Below, piece after piece: positions 1 through 14,400 of a stretch of 64,000 nucleotides of DNA. The stretch comes from Eimeria praecox. Its lineage: Eukaryota. The first letter of the stretch is position 1, and each line of letters starts with the position of its first letter. Under the pieces are notes generated by a model, which saw nothing but the letters and a program-made list of their open reading frames with translations, searched no databases and had not been told where the DNA came from. The position numbers and the translations under genes were made by a program. The stretch is from the NCBI GenBank assembly GCA_963920595.1, contig OY986946.1:4774001-4838000 (forward strand), read 5' to 3'.

Positions 1-9
1 AACAACGAT

Positions 10-3000
10 TTGACTACTGCAACCGAGCCTGCCTCCACGCTAGACTCCTGCATCATGTTGCTCCAGCACACAGGCACAATGTCGCAGATTCAACGCACGG
101 CCTTCTGGAGACAGCCATCACCCAAACATTGGCGCCCCCGAATGCCAGAAACGTTCAATGAAACGCAACATGCCTCCCACCCAGACCTGTCAAACCATAC
201 ACTGCAGCACATTCACACTGTCCTAACACCCTGCCCCATCCACTTGCTTCTTGACGCAGTTCCTCTGCAGTTGGCCTCAGGCTCCACACACACTCGAACA
301 CCGCATCTCACCCTGCACATCACCTCTCCACCCTTCACACAACACACCACCTACTCCAACCTAGCATCTGCTGCGTGCGAAATGCTTCCCCTCCACAACC
401 ATAAAGCAAGTCAGAACACACATTGTCAATATAACATCCAGCATCCGAAGCTCCTCCATCGCCACACCCTACCTCCCCCACATCGCCAATCGCGCAAACA
501 GATGTCTTGCCGCACACACATACCCACGCCGCTAAATGCCATCCAGCCACGCCGACATACCCAACTACCTGCCACTAAACATGCAAAGCGTGCACGACGA
601 TTACGCCTGTCCGACATCCTTATTACCAGCATTCAACGCACTTCCTCCTATACACAACCACCGACTCAACAACTCCTCCGTCCTAAAAACGAGCTGTCCA
701 CTGCAACCGAGCCTGCCTCCACGCTAGACTCCTGCATCATGTTGCTCCAGCACACAGGCACAATGTCGCAGATTCAACGCACGGCCTTCTGGAGACAGCC
801 ATCACCCAAACATTGGCGCCCCCAAATGCCAGAAACTTTGCATGAAACGCAACATGCCTCCCACCCAGACCTGTCAAACCATACACTGCAGCACATTCAC
901 ACTGTCCTAACACCCTGCCCCATCCACTTGCTTCTTGACGCAGTTCCTCTGCAGTTGACCTCAGGCTCCACACACACTCGAACACCGCATCTCATCCTTC
1001 ACATCACCTCTCCACCCTTCACACAACACACCACCTACCCCAGCCTAGCACCCGCTGCGACCGAAACGCTCCCCCTCCACAACCATAAAGCAAGTCAGAA
1101 CACACATTGTCAATATAACATCCAGCATCCGAAGCTCTTCCATCGCCACACCCTACCTCCCCCACATCGCCAATCGCGCAAACAGATGTCTTGCCGCACA
1201 CACATACCCACGCCGCTAAATGCCATCCAGCCACGCAAACATACCCAACTACCTGCCACTAAACATGCAAAGCGTGCACGACGATTACGCCTGTCCGACA
1301 TCCTTATTACCAGCATTCAACGCACTTCCTCCTATACACAACCACCGACTCAACAACTCCTCCGTCCTAAAAACGAGCTGTCCACTGCAACCGAGCCTGC
1401 CTCCACGCTAGACTCCTGCATCATGTTGCTCCAGCACACAGGCACAATGTCGCAGATTCAACGCACGGCCTTCTGGAGACAGCCATCACCCAAACATTGG
1501 CGCCCCCAAATGCCAGAAACTTTGCATGAAACGCAACATGCCTCCCACCCAGACCTGTCAAACCATACACTGCAGCACATTCACACTGTCCTAACACCCT
1601 GCCCCATCCACTTGCTTCTTGACGCAGTTCCTCTGCAGTTGACCTCAGGCTCCACACACACTCGAACACCGCATCTCATCCTTCACATCACCTCTCCACC
1701 CTTCACACAACACACCACCTACCCCAGCCTAGCACCCGCTGCGACCGAAACGCTCCCCCTCCACAACCATAAAGCAAGTCAGAACACACATTGTCAATAT
1801 AACATCCAGCATCCGAAGCTCCTCCATCGCCACACCCTACCTCCCCCACATCGCCAATCGCGCAAACAGATGTCTTGCCGCACACACATACCCACGCCGC
1901 TAAATGCCATCCAGCCACGCAAACATACCCAACTACCTGCCACTAAACATGCAAAGCGTGCACGACGATTACGCCTGTCCGACATCCTTATTACCAGCAT
2001 TCAACGCACTTCCTCCTATACACAACCACCGACTCAACAACTCCTCCGTCCTAAAAACGAGCTGTCCACTGCAACCGAGCCTGCCTCCACGCTAGACTCC
2101 TGCATCATGTTGCTCCAGCACACAGGCACAATGTCGCAGATTCAACGCACGGCCTTCTGGAGACAGCCATCACCCAAATATTGGCGCCCCCAAATGCCAG
2201 AAACTTTGCATGAAACGCAACATGCCTCCCACCCAGACCTGTCAAACCATACACTGCAGCACATTCACACTGTCCTAACACCCTGCCCCATCCACTTGCT
2301 TCTTGACGCAGTTCCTCTGCAGTTGACCTCAGGCTCCACACACACTCGAACACCGCATCTCATCCTTCACATCACCTCTCCACCCTTCACACAACACACC
2401 ACCTACCCCAGCCTAGCACCCGCTGCGACCGAAACGCTCCCCCTCCACAACCATAAAGCAAGTCAGAACACACATTGTCAATATAACATCCAGCATCCGA
2501 AGCTCCTCCATCGCCACACCCTACCTCCCCCACATCGCCAATCGCGCAAACAGATGTCTTGCCGCACACACATACCCACGCCGCTAAATGCCATCCAGCC
2601 ACGCAAACATACCCAACTACCTGCCACTAAACATGCAACGCGTGCACAGCGATTAAGCCTGTCCGCCATCCTTATTACCAGCATTCAACACCCTTCCTCC
2701 TATACACAGCGATCGACTCAACAACTCCTCCGTGCTAAAAACGAGCTGTCCACTGCAACCGACCCTGCCTCCACGCTAGACTCCTGCATCATGTTGCTCC
2801 AGCACACAGGCACAATGTCGCAGATTCAACGCACGGCCTTCTGGAGACAGCCATCACCCAAATATTGGCGCCCCCAAATGCCAGAAACGTTCAATGAAAC
2901 GCAACATGCCTCCCACCCAGACCTGTCAAACCATACACTGCAGCACATTCACACTGTCCTAGCACCCTGCCCCATCCACGTGCTGCTTGACGCAGTTCCT

Positions 3001-5424
3001 CTGCAGTTGACCTCAGGCTCCACACACACTCGAACACCGCATCTCACCCTGCACATCACCTCTCCACCCTTCACACAACACACCACCTACTCCAACCTAG
3101 CATCTGCTGCGTGCGAAATGCTTCCCCTCCACAACCATAAAGCAAGTCAGAACACACATTGTCAATATAACATCCAGCATCCGAAGCTCCTCCATCGCCA
3201 CACCCTATCTCCCCCACATCGCCAATCGCGCAAACAGATGTCTTGCCGCACACACATACCCACGCCGCTAAATGCCATCCAGCCACGCAAACATACCCAA
3301 CTACCTGCCACTAAACATGCAAAGCGTGCACGACGATTACGCCTGTCCGACATCCTTATTACCAGCATTCAACGCACTTCCTCCTATACACAACCACCGA
3401 CTCAACAACTCCTCCGTGCTAAAAACGAGCTGTCCACTGCAACCCAGCCTGCCTCCACGCTAGACTCCTGCATCATGTTGCTCCAGCACACAGGCACAAT
3501 GTCGCAGATTCAACGCACGGCCTTCTGGAGACAGCCATCACCCAAACATTGGCGCCCCCAAATGCCAGAAACGTTCAATGAAACGCAACATGCCTCCCAC
3601 CCAGACCTGTCAAACCATACACTGCAGCACATTCACACTGTCCTAGCACCCTGCTCCATCCACTTGCTTCTTGACGCAGTTCCTCTGCAGTTGACCTCAG
3701 GTTCCACACACACTCGAACACCGCATCTCACCCTGCACATCACCTCTCCACCCTTCACACAACACACCACCTACTCCAACCTAGCATCTGCTGCGTGCGA
3801 AAACCTTCCCCTCCACAACCATAAAGCAAGTCAGAACACACATTGTCAATATAACATCCAGCATCCGAAGCTCCTCCATCGTCACACCCTATCTCCCCCA
3901 CATCGCCAATCGCGCAAACAGATGTCTTGCCGCACACACATACCCACGCCGCTAAATGCCATCCAGCCACGCAAACATACCCAACTACCTGCCACTAAAC
4001 ATGCAAAGCGTGCACGACGATTACGCCTGTCCGACATCCTTATTACCAGCATTCAACGCACTTCCTCCTATACACAACCACCGACTCAACAACTCCTCCG
4101 TCCTAAAAACGAGCTGTCCACTGCAACCGAGCCTGCCTCCACGCTAGACTCCTGCATCATGTTGCTCCAGCACACAGGCACAATGTCGCAGATTCAACGC
4201 ACGGCCTTCTGGAGACAGCCATCACCCAAACATTGGCGCCCCCAAATGCCAGAAACGTTCAATGAAACGCAACATGCCTCCCACCCAGACCTGTCAAACC
4301 ATACACTGCAGCACATTCACACTGTCCTAACACCCTGCCCCATCCACTTGCTTCTTGACACAGTTCCTCTGCAGTTGGCCTCAGGCTCCACACACACTCG
4401 AACACCGCATCTCACCCTGCACATCACCTCTCCACCCTTCACACAACACACCACCTACTCCAACCTAGCATCTGCTGCGTGCGAAATGCTTCCCCTCCAC
4501 AACCATAAAGCAAGTCAGAACACACATTGTCAATATAACATCCAGCATCCGAAGCTCCTCCATCGCCACACCCTACCTCCCCCACATCGCCAATCGCGCA
4601 AACAGATGTCTTGCCGCACACACATACCCACGCCGCTAAATGCCATCCAGCCACGCAAACATACCCAACTACCTGCCACTAAACATGCAAAGCGTGCACG
4701 ACGATTACGCCTGTCCGACATCCTTATTACCAGCATTCAACGCACTTCCTCCTATACACAACCACCGACTCAACAACTCCTCCGTCCTAAAAACGAGCTG
4801 TCCACTGCAACCGAGCCTGCCTCCACGCTAGACTCCTGCATCATGTTGCTCCAGCACACAGGCACAATGTCGCAGATTCAACGCACGGCCTTCTGGAGAC
4901 AGCCATCACCCAAACATTGGCGCCCCCAAATGCCAGAAACGTTCAATGAAACGCAACATGCCTCCCACCCAGACCTGTCAAACCATACACTGCAGCACAT
5001 TCACACTGTCCTAGCACCCTGCTCCATCCACTTGCTTCTTGACGCAGTTCCTCTGCAGTTGACCTCAGGTTCCACACACACTCGAACACTGCATCTCACC
5101 CTGCACATCACCTCTCCACCCTTCACACAACACACCACCTACTCCAACCTAGCATCTGCTCCGTGCGAAAACCTTCCCCTCCACAACCATAAAGCAAGTC
5201 AGAACACACATTGTCAATATAACATCCAGCATCCGAAGCTCCTCCATCGCCACACCCTACCTCCCCCACATCGCCAATCGCGCAAACAGATGTCTTGCCG
5301 CACACACATACCCACGCCGCTAAATGCCATCCAGCCACGCCGACATACCCAACTACCTGCCACTAAACATGCAACGCGTGCAAAGCGATTACGCCTGTCC
5401 GCAATTTTTATTATGAGCATTTAA
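10..5424 (+). other. Repeat-generated ORF (1,804 aa, ~8 x 228-aa units); coding status doubtful
   Basis: Frame open because the 684-bp monomer has no stop in this frame. Starts at TTG and ends at a TAA carried by a variant monomer (gcaatttttattatgagcatttaa). Confidence 0.2.
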
Positions 5425-5481
5425 CGCACTTCCTCCTATACACAACCACCGACTCAACAGCTCCTCCGTCATAACAACGAT

Positions 5482-8400
5482 TTGACTACTGCAACCGACC
5501 CTGCCTCCACGCTAGACTCCTGCATCATGTTGCTCCAGCACACAGGCACAATGTCGCAGATTCAACGCACGGCCTTCTGGAGACAGCCATCACCCAAATA
5601 TTGGCGCCCCCAAATGCCAGAAACGTTCAATGAAACGCAACATGCCTCCCACCCAGACCTGTCAAACCATACACTGCAGCACATTCACACTGTCCTAGCA
5701 CCCTGCCCCATCCACGTGCTGCTTGACGCAGTTCCTCTGCAGTTGACCTCAGGCTCCACACACACTCGAACACCGCATCTCACCCTGCACATCACCTCTC
5801 CACCCTTCACACAACACACCACCTACTCCAACCTAGCATCTGCTGCGACCGAAACGCTCCCCCTCCACAACCATAAAGCAAGTCAGAACACACATTGTCA
5901 ATATAAAATCCAGCATCCGAAGCTCCTCCATCGCCACACCCTATCTCCCCCACATCGCCAATCGCGCAAACAGATGTCTTGCCGCACACACATACCCACG
6001 CCGCTAAATGCCATCCAGCCACGCAAACATACCCAACTACCTGCCACTAAGCATGCAAAGCGTGCACGACGATTACGCCTGTCCGACATCCTTATTACCA
6101 GCATTCAACGCACTTCCTCCTATACACAACCACCGACTCAACAACTCCTCCGTGCTAAAAACGAGCTGTCCACTGCAACCCAGCCTGCCTCCACGCTAGA
6201 CTCCTGCATCATGTTGCTCCAGCACACAGGCACAATGTCGCAGATTCAACGCACGGCCTTCTGGAGACAGCCATCACCCAAACATTGGCGCCCCCAAATG
6301 CCAGAAACTTTGCATGAAACGCAACATGCCTCCCACCCAGACCTGTCAAACCATACACTGCAGCACATTCACACTGTCCTAGCACCCTGCTCCATCCACT
6401 TGCTTCTTGACGCAGTTCCTCTGCAGTTGACCTCAGGTTCCACACACACTCGAACACCGCATCTCACCCTGCACATCACCTCTCCACCCTTCACACAACA
6501 CACCACCTACTCCAACCTAGCATCTGCTGCGTGCGAAAACCTTCCCCTCCACAACCATAAAGCAAGTCAGAACACACATTGTCAATATAACATCCAGCAT
6601 CCGAAGCTCCTCCATCGCCACACCCTATCTCCCCCACATCGCCAATCGCGCAAACAGATGTCTTGCCGCACACACATACCCACGCCGCTAAATGCCATCC
6701 AGCCACGCAAACATACCCAACTACCTGCCACTAAACATGCAAAGCGTGCACGACGATTACGCCTGTCCGACATCCTTATTACCAGCATTCAACGCACTTC
6801 CTCCTATACACAACCACCGACTCAACAACTCCTCCGTCCTAAAAACGAGCTGTCCACTGCAACCGAGCCTGCCTCCACGCTAGACTCCTGCATCATGTTG
6901 CTCCAGCACACAGGCACAATGTCGCAGATTCAACGCACGGCCTTCTGGAGACAGCCATCACCCAAACATTGGCGCCCCCAAATGCCAGAAACTTTGCATG
7001 AAACGCAACATGCCTCCCACCCAGACCTGTCAAACCATACACTGCAGCACATTCACACTGTCCTAACACCCTGCCCCATCCACTTGCTTCTTGACACAGT
7101 TCCTCTGCAGTTGGCCTCAGGCTCCACACACACTCGAACACCGCATCTCACCCTGCACATCACCTCTCCACCCTTCACACAACACACCACCTACTCCAAC
7201 CTAGCATCTGCTGCGTGCGAAATGCTTCCCCTCCACAACCATAAAGCAAGTCAGAACACACATTGTCAATATAACATCCAGCATCCGAAGCTCCTCCATC
7301 GCCACACCCTATCTCCCCCACATCGCCAATCGCGCAAACAGATGTCTTGCCGCACACACATACCCACGCCGCTAAATGCCATCCAGCCACGCAAACATAC
7401 CCAACTACCTGCCACTAAACATGCAAAGCGTGCACGACGATTACGCCTGTCCGACATCCTTATTACCAGCATTCAACGCACTTCCTCCTATACACAACCA
7501 CCGACTCAACAACTCCTCCGTCCTAAAAACGAGCTGTCCACTGCAACCGAGCCTGCCTCCACGCTAGACTCCTGCATCATGTTGCTCCAGCACACAGGCA
7601 CAATGTCGCAGATTCAACGCACGGCCTTCTGGAGACAGCCATCACCCAAATATTGGCGCCCCCAAATGCCAGAAACGTTCAATGAAACGCAACATGCCTC
7701 CCACCCAGACCTGTCAAACCATACACTGCAGCACATTCACACTGTCCTAGCACCCTGCCCCATCCACGTGCTGCTTGACGCAGTTCCTCTGCAGTTGACC
7801 TCAGGCTCCACACACACTCGAACACCGCATCTCACCCTGCACATCACCTCTCCACCCTTCACACAACACACCACCTACTCCAACCTAGCATCTGCTGCGA
7901 CCGAAACGCTCCCCCTCCACAACCATAAAGCAAGTCAGAACACACATTGTCAATATAAAATCCAGCATCCGAAGCTCCTCCATCGCCACACCCTATCTCC
8001 CCCACATCGCCAATCGCGCAAACAGATGTCTTGCCGCACACACATACCCACGCCGCTAAATGCCATCCAGCCACGCAAACATACCCAACTACCTGCCACT
8101 AAGCATGCAAAGCGTGCACGACGATTACGCCTGTCCGACATCCTTATTACCAGCATTCAACGCACTTCCTCCTATACACAACCACCGACTCAACAACTCC
8201 TCCGTGCTAAAAACGAGCTGTCCACTGCAACCCAGCCTGCCTCCACGCTAGACTCCTGCATCATGTTGCTCCAGCACACAGGCACAATGTCGCAGATTCA
8301 ACGCACGGCCTTCTGGAGACAGCCATCACCCAAACATTGGCGCCCCCAAATGCCAGAAACTTTGCATGAAACGCAACATGCCTCCCACCCAGACCTGTCA

Positions 8401-11400
8401 AACCATACACTGCAGCACATTCACACTGTCCTAGCACCCTGCTCCATCCACTTGCTTCTTGACGCAGTTCCTCTGCAGTTGACCTCAGGTTCCACACACA
8501 CTCGAACACCGCATCTCACCCTGCACATCACCTCTCCACCCTTCACACAACACACCACCTACTCCAACCTAGCATCTGCTGCGTGCGAAAACCTTCCCCT
8601 CCACAACCATAAAGCAAGTCAGAACACACATTGTCAATATAACATCCAGCATCCGAAGCTCCTCCATCGTCACACCCTATCTCCCCCACATCGCCAATCG
8701 CGCAAACAGATGTCTTGCCGCACACACATACCCACGCCGCTAAATGCCATCCAGCCACGCAAACATACCCAACTACCTGCCACTAAACATGCAAAGCGTG
8801 CACGACGATTACGCCTGTCCGACATCCTTATTACCAGCATTCAACGCACTTCCTCCTATACACAACCACCGACTCAACAACTCCTCCGTGCTAAAAACGA
8901 GCTGTCCACTGCAACCGAGCCTGCCTCCACGCTAGACTCCTGCATCATGTTGCTCCAGCACACAGGCACAATGTCGCAGATTCAACGCACGGCCTTCTGG
9001 AGACAGCCATCACCCAAACATTGGCGCCCCCAAATGCCAGAAACTTTGCATGAAACGCAACATGCCTCCCACCCAGACCTGTCAAACCATACACTGCAGC
9101 ACATTCACACTGTCCTAACACCCTGCCCCATCCACTTGCTTCTTGACACAGTTCCTCTGCAGTTGGCCTCAGGCTCCACACACACTCGAACACCGCATCT
9201 CACCCTGCACATCACCTCTCCACCCTTCACACAACACACCACCTACTCCAACCTAGCATCTGCTGCGTGCGAAAACCTTCCCCTCCACAACCATAAAGCA
9301 AGTCAGAACACACATTGTCAATATAACATCCAGCATCCGAAGCTCCTCCATCGTCACACCCTATCTCCCCCACATCGCCAATCGCGCAAACAGATGTCTT
9401 GCCGCACACACATACCCACGCCGCTAAATGCCATCCAGCCACGCCGACATACCCAACTACCTGCCACTAAACATGCAAAGCGTGCACGACGATTACGCCT
9501 GTCCGACATCCTTATTACCAGCATTCAACGCACTTCCTCCTATACACAACCACCGACTCAACAACTCCTCCGTGCTAAAAACGAGCTGTCCACTGCAACC
9601 GAGCCTGCCTCCACGCTAGACTCCTGCATCATGTTGCTCCAGCACACAGGCACAATGTCGCAGATTCAACGCACGGCCTTCTGGAGACAGCCATCACCCA
9701 AACATTGGCGCCCCCAAATGCCAGAAACGTTCAATGAAACGCAACATGCCTCCCACCCAGACCTGTCAAACCATACACTGCAGCACATTCACACTGTCCT
9801 AACACCCTGCCCCATCCACTTGCTTCTTGACGCAGTTCCTCTGCAGTTGACCTCAGGCTCCACACACACTCGAACACCGCATCTCATCCTTCACATCACC
9901 TCTCCACCCTTCACACAACACACCACCTACCCCAGCCTAGCACCCGCTGCGACCGAAACGCTCCCCCTCCACAACCATAAAGCAAGTCAGAACACACATT
10001 GTCAATATAACATCCAGCATCCGAAGCTCCTCCATCGCCACACCCTACCTCCCCCACATCGCCAATCGCGCAAACAGATGTCTTGCCGCACACACATACC
10101 CACGCCGCTAAATGCCATCCAGCCACGCAAACATACCCAACTACCTGCCACTAAACATGCAACGCGTGCACAGCGATTAAGCCTGTCCGCCATCCTTATT
10201 ACCAGCATTCAACACCCTTCCTCCTATACACAGCGATCGACTCAACAACTCCTCCGTGCTAAAAACGAGCTGTCCACTGCAACCGACCCTGCCTCCACGC
10301 TAGACTCCTGCATCATGTTGCTCCAGCACACAGGCACAATGTCGCAGATTCAACGCACGGCCTTCTGGAGACAGCCATCACCCAAACATTGGCGCCCCCA
10401 AATGCCAGAAACTTTGCATGAAACGCAACATGCCTCCCACCCAGACCTGTCAAACCATACACTGCAGCACATTCACACTGTCCTAGCACCCTGCTCCATC
10501 CACTTGCTTCTTGACGCAGTTCCTCTGCAGTTGACCTCAGGCTCCACACACACTCGAACACCGCATCTCACCCTGCACATCACCTCTCCACCCTTCACAC
10601 AACACACCACCTACTCCAACCTAGCATCTGCTGCGTGCGAAAACCTTCCCCTCCACAACCATAAAGCAAGTCAGAACACACATTGTCAATATAACATCCA
10701 GCATCCGAAGCTCCTCCATCGTCACACCCTATCTCCCCCACATCGCCAATCGCGCAAACAGATGTCTTGCCGCACACACATACCCACGCCGCTAAATGCC
10801 ATCCAGCCACGCCGACATACCCAACTACCTGCCACTAAACATGCAAAGCGTGCACGACGATTACGCCTGTCCGACATCCTTATTACCAGCATTCAACGCA
10901 CTTCCTCCTATACACAACCACCGACTCAACAACTCCTCCGTGCTAAAAACGAGCTGTCCACTGCAACCGAGCCTGCCTCCACGCTAGACTCCTGCATCAT
11001 GTTGCTCCAGCACACAGGCACAATGTCGCAGATTCAACGCACGGCCTTCTGGAGACAGCCATCACCCAAACATTGGCGCCCCCAAATGCCAGAAACGTTC
11101 AATGAAACGCAACATGCCTCCCACCCAGACCTGTCAAACCATACACTGCAGCACATTCACACTGTCCTAACACCCTGCCCCATCCACTTGCTTCTTGACG
11201 CAGTTCCTCTGCAGTTGACCTCAGGCTCCACACACACTCGAACACCGCATCTCATCCTTCACATCACCTCTCCACCCTTCACACAACACACCACCTACCC
11301 CAGCCTAGCACCCGCTGCGACCGAAACGCTCCCCCTCCACAACCATAAAGCAAGTCAGAACACACATTGTCAATATAACATCCAGCATCCGAAGCTCCTC

Positions 11401-14400
11401 CATCGCCACACCCTACCTCCCCCACATCGCCAATCGCGCAAACAGATGTCTTGCCGCACACACATACCCACGCCGCTAAATGCCATCCAGCCACGCAAAC
11501 ATACCCAACTACCTGCCACTAAACATGCAACGCGTGCACAGCGATTAAGCCTGTCCGCCATCCTTATTACCAGCATTCAACACCCTTCCTCCTATACACA
11601 GCGATCGACTCAACAACTCCTCCGTGCTAAAAACGAGCTGTCCACTGCAACCGACCCTGCCTCCACGCTAGACTCCTGCATCATGTTGCTCCAGCACACA
11701 GGCACAATGTCGCAGATTCAACGCACGGCCTTCTGGAGACAGCCATCACCCAAATATTGGCGCCCCCAAATGCCAGAAACGTTCAATGAAACGCAACATG
11801 CCTCCCACCCAGACCTGTCAAACCATACACTGCAGCACATTCACACTGTCCTAGCACCCTGCCCCATCCACGTGCTGCTTGACGCAGTTCCTCTGCAGTT
11901 GACCTCAGGCTCCACACACACTCGAACACCGCATCTCACCCTGCACATCACCTCTCCACCCTTCACACAACACACCACCTACTCCAACCTAGCATCTGCT
12001 GCGTGCGAAATGCTTCCCCTCCACAACCATAAAGCAAGTCAGAACACACATTGTCAATATAACATCCAGCATCCGAAGCTCCTCCATCGCCACACCCTAT
12101 CTCCCCCACATCGCCAATCGCGCAAACAGATGTCTTGCCGCACACACATACCCACGCCGCTAAATGCCATCCAGCCACGCAAACATACCCAACTACCTGC
12201 CACTAAACATGCAAAGCGTGCACGACGATTACGCCTGTCCGACATCCTTATTACCAGCATTCAACGCACTTCCTCCTATACACAACCACCGACTCAACAA
12301 CTCCTCCGTGCTAAAAACGAGCTGTCCACTGCAACCGAGCCTGCCTCCACGCTAGACTCCTGCATCATGTTGCTCCAGCACACAGGCACAATGTCGCAGA
12401 TTCAACGCACGGCCTTCTGGAGACAGCCATCACCCAAACATTGGCGCCCCCAAATGCCAGAAACTTTGCATGAAACGCAACATGCCTCCCACCCAGACCT
12501 GTCAAACCATACACTGCAGCACATTCACACTGTCCTAACACCCTGCCCCATCCACTTGCTTCTTGACACAGTTCCTCTGCAGTTGGCCTCAGGCTCCACA
12601 CACACTCGAACACCGCATCTCACCCTGCACATCACCTCTCCACCCTTCACACAACACACCACCTACTCCAACCTAGCATCTGCTGCGTGCGAAATGCTTC
12701 CCCTCCACAACCATAAAGCAAGTCAGAACACACATTGTCAATATAACATCCAGCATCCGAAGCTCCTCCATCGCCACACCCTATCTCCCCCACATCGCCA
12801 ATCGCGCAAACAGATGTCTTGCCGCACACACATACCCACGCCGCTAAATGCCATCCAGCCACGCAAACATACCCAACTACCTGCCACTAAACATGCAAAG
12901 CGTGCACGACGATTACGCCTGTCCGACATCCTTATTACCAGCATTCAACGCACTTCCTCCTATACACAACCACCGACTCAACAACTCCTCCGTGCTAAAA
13001 ACGAGCTGTCCACTGCAACCGAGCCTGCCTCCACGCTAGACTCCTGCATCATGTTGCTCCAGCACACAGGCACAATGTCGCAGATTCAACGCACGGCCTT
13101 CTGGAGACAGCCATCACCCAAACATTGGCGCCCCCAAATGCCAGAAACGTTCAATGAAACGCAACATGCCTCCCACCCAGACCTGTCAAACCATACACTG
13201 CAGCACATTCACACTGTCCTAACACCCTGCCCCATCCACTTGCTTCTTGACGCAGTTCCTCTGCAGTTGGCCTCAGGCTCCACACACACTCGAACACCGC
13301 ATCTCACCCTGCACATCACCTCTCCACCCTTCACACAACACACCACCTACTCCAACCTAGCATCTGCTGCGTGCGAAATGCTTCCCCTCCACAACCATAA
13401 AGCAAGTCAGAACACACATTGTCAATATAACATCCAGCATCCGAAGCTCCTCCATCGCCACACCCTACCTCCCCCACATCGCCAATCGCGCAAACAGATG
13501 TCTTGCCGCACACACATACCCACGCCGCTAAATGCCATCCAGCCACGCAAACATACCCAACTACCTGCCACTAAACATGCAACGCGTGCACAGCGATTAA
13601 GCCTGTCCGCCATCCTTATTACCAGCATTCAACACCCTTCCTCCTATACACAGCGATCGACTCAACAACTCCTCCGTGCTAAAAACGAGCTGTCCACTGC
13701 AACCGACCCTGCCTCCACGCTAGACTCCTGCATCATGTTGCTCCAGCACACAGGCACAATGTCGCAGATTCAACGCACGGCCTTCTGGAGACAGCCATCA
13801 CCCAAATATTGGCGCCCCCAAATGCCAGAAACGTTCAATGAAACGCAACATGCCTCCCACCCAGACCTGTCAAACCATACACTGCAGCACATTCACACTG
13901 TCCTAGCACCCTGCCCCATCCACGTGCTGCTTGACGCAGTTCCTCTGCAGTTGACCTCAGGCTCCACACACACTCGAACACCGCATCTCACCCTGCACAT
14001 CACCTCTCCACCCTTCACACAACACACCACCTACTCCAACCTAGCATCTGCTGCGTGCGAAATGCTTCCCCTCCACAACCATAAAGCAAGTCAGAACACA
14101 CATTGTCAATATAACATCCAGCATCCGAAGCTCCTCCATCGCCACACCCTATCTCCCCCACATCGCCAATCGCGCAAACAGATGTCTTGCCGCACACACA
14201 TACCCACGCCGCTAAATGCCATCCAGCCACGCAAACATACCCAACTACCTGCCACTAAGCATGCAAAGCGTGCAAAGCGATTACGCCTGTCCGACATCCT
14301 TATTACCAGCATTCAACGCACTTCCTCCTATACACAACCACCGACTCAACAACTCCTCCGTGCTAAAAACGAGCTGTCCACTGCAACCCAGCCTGCCTCC

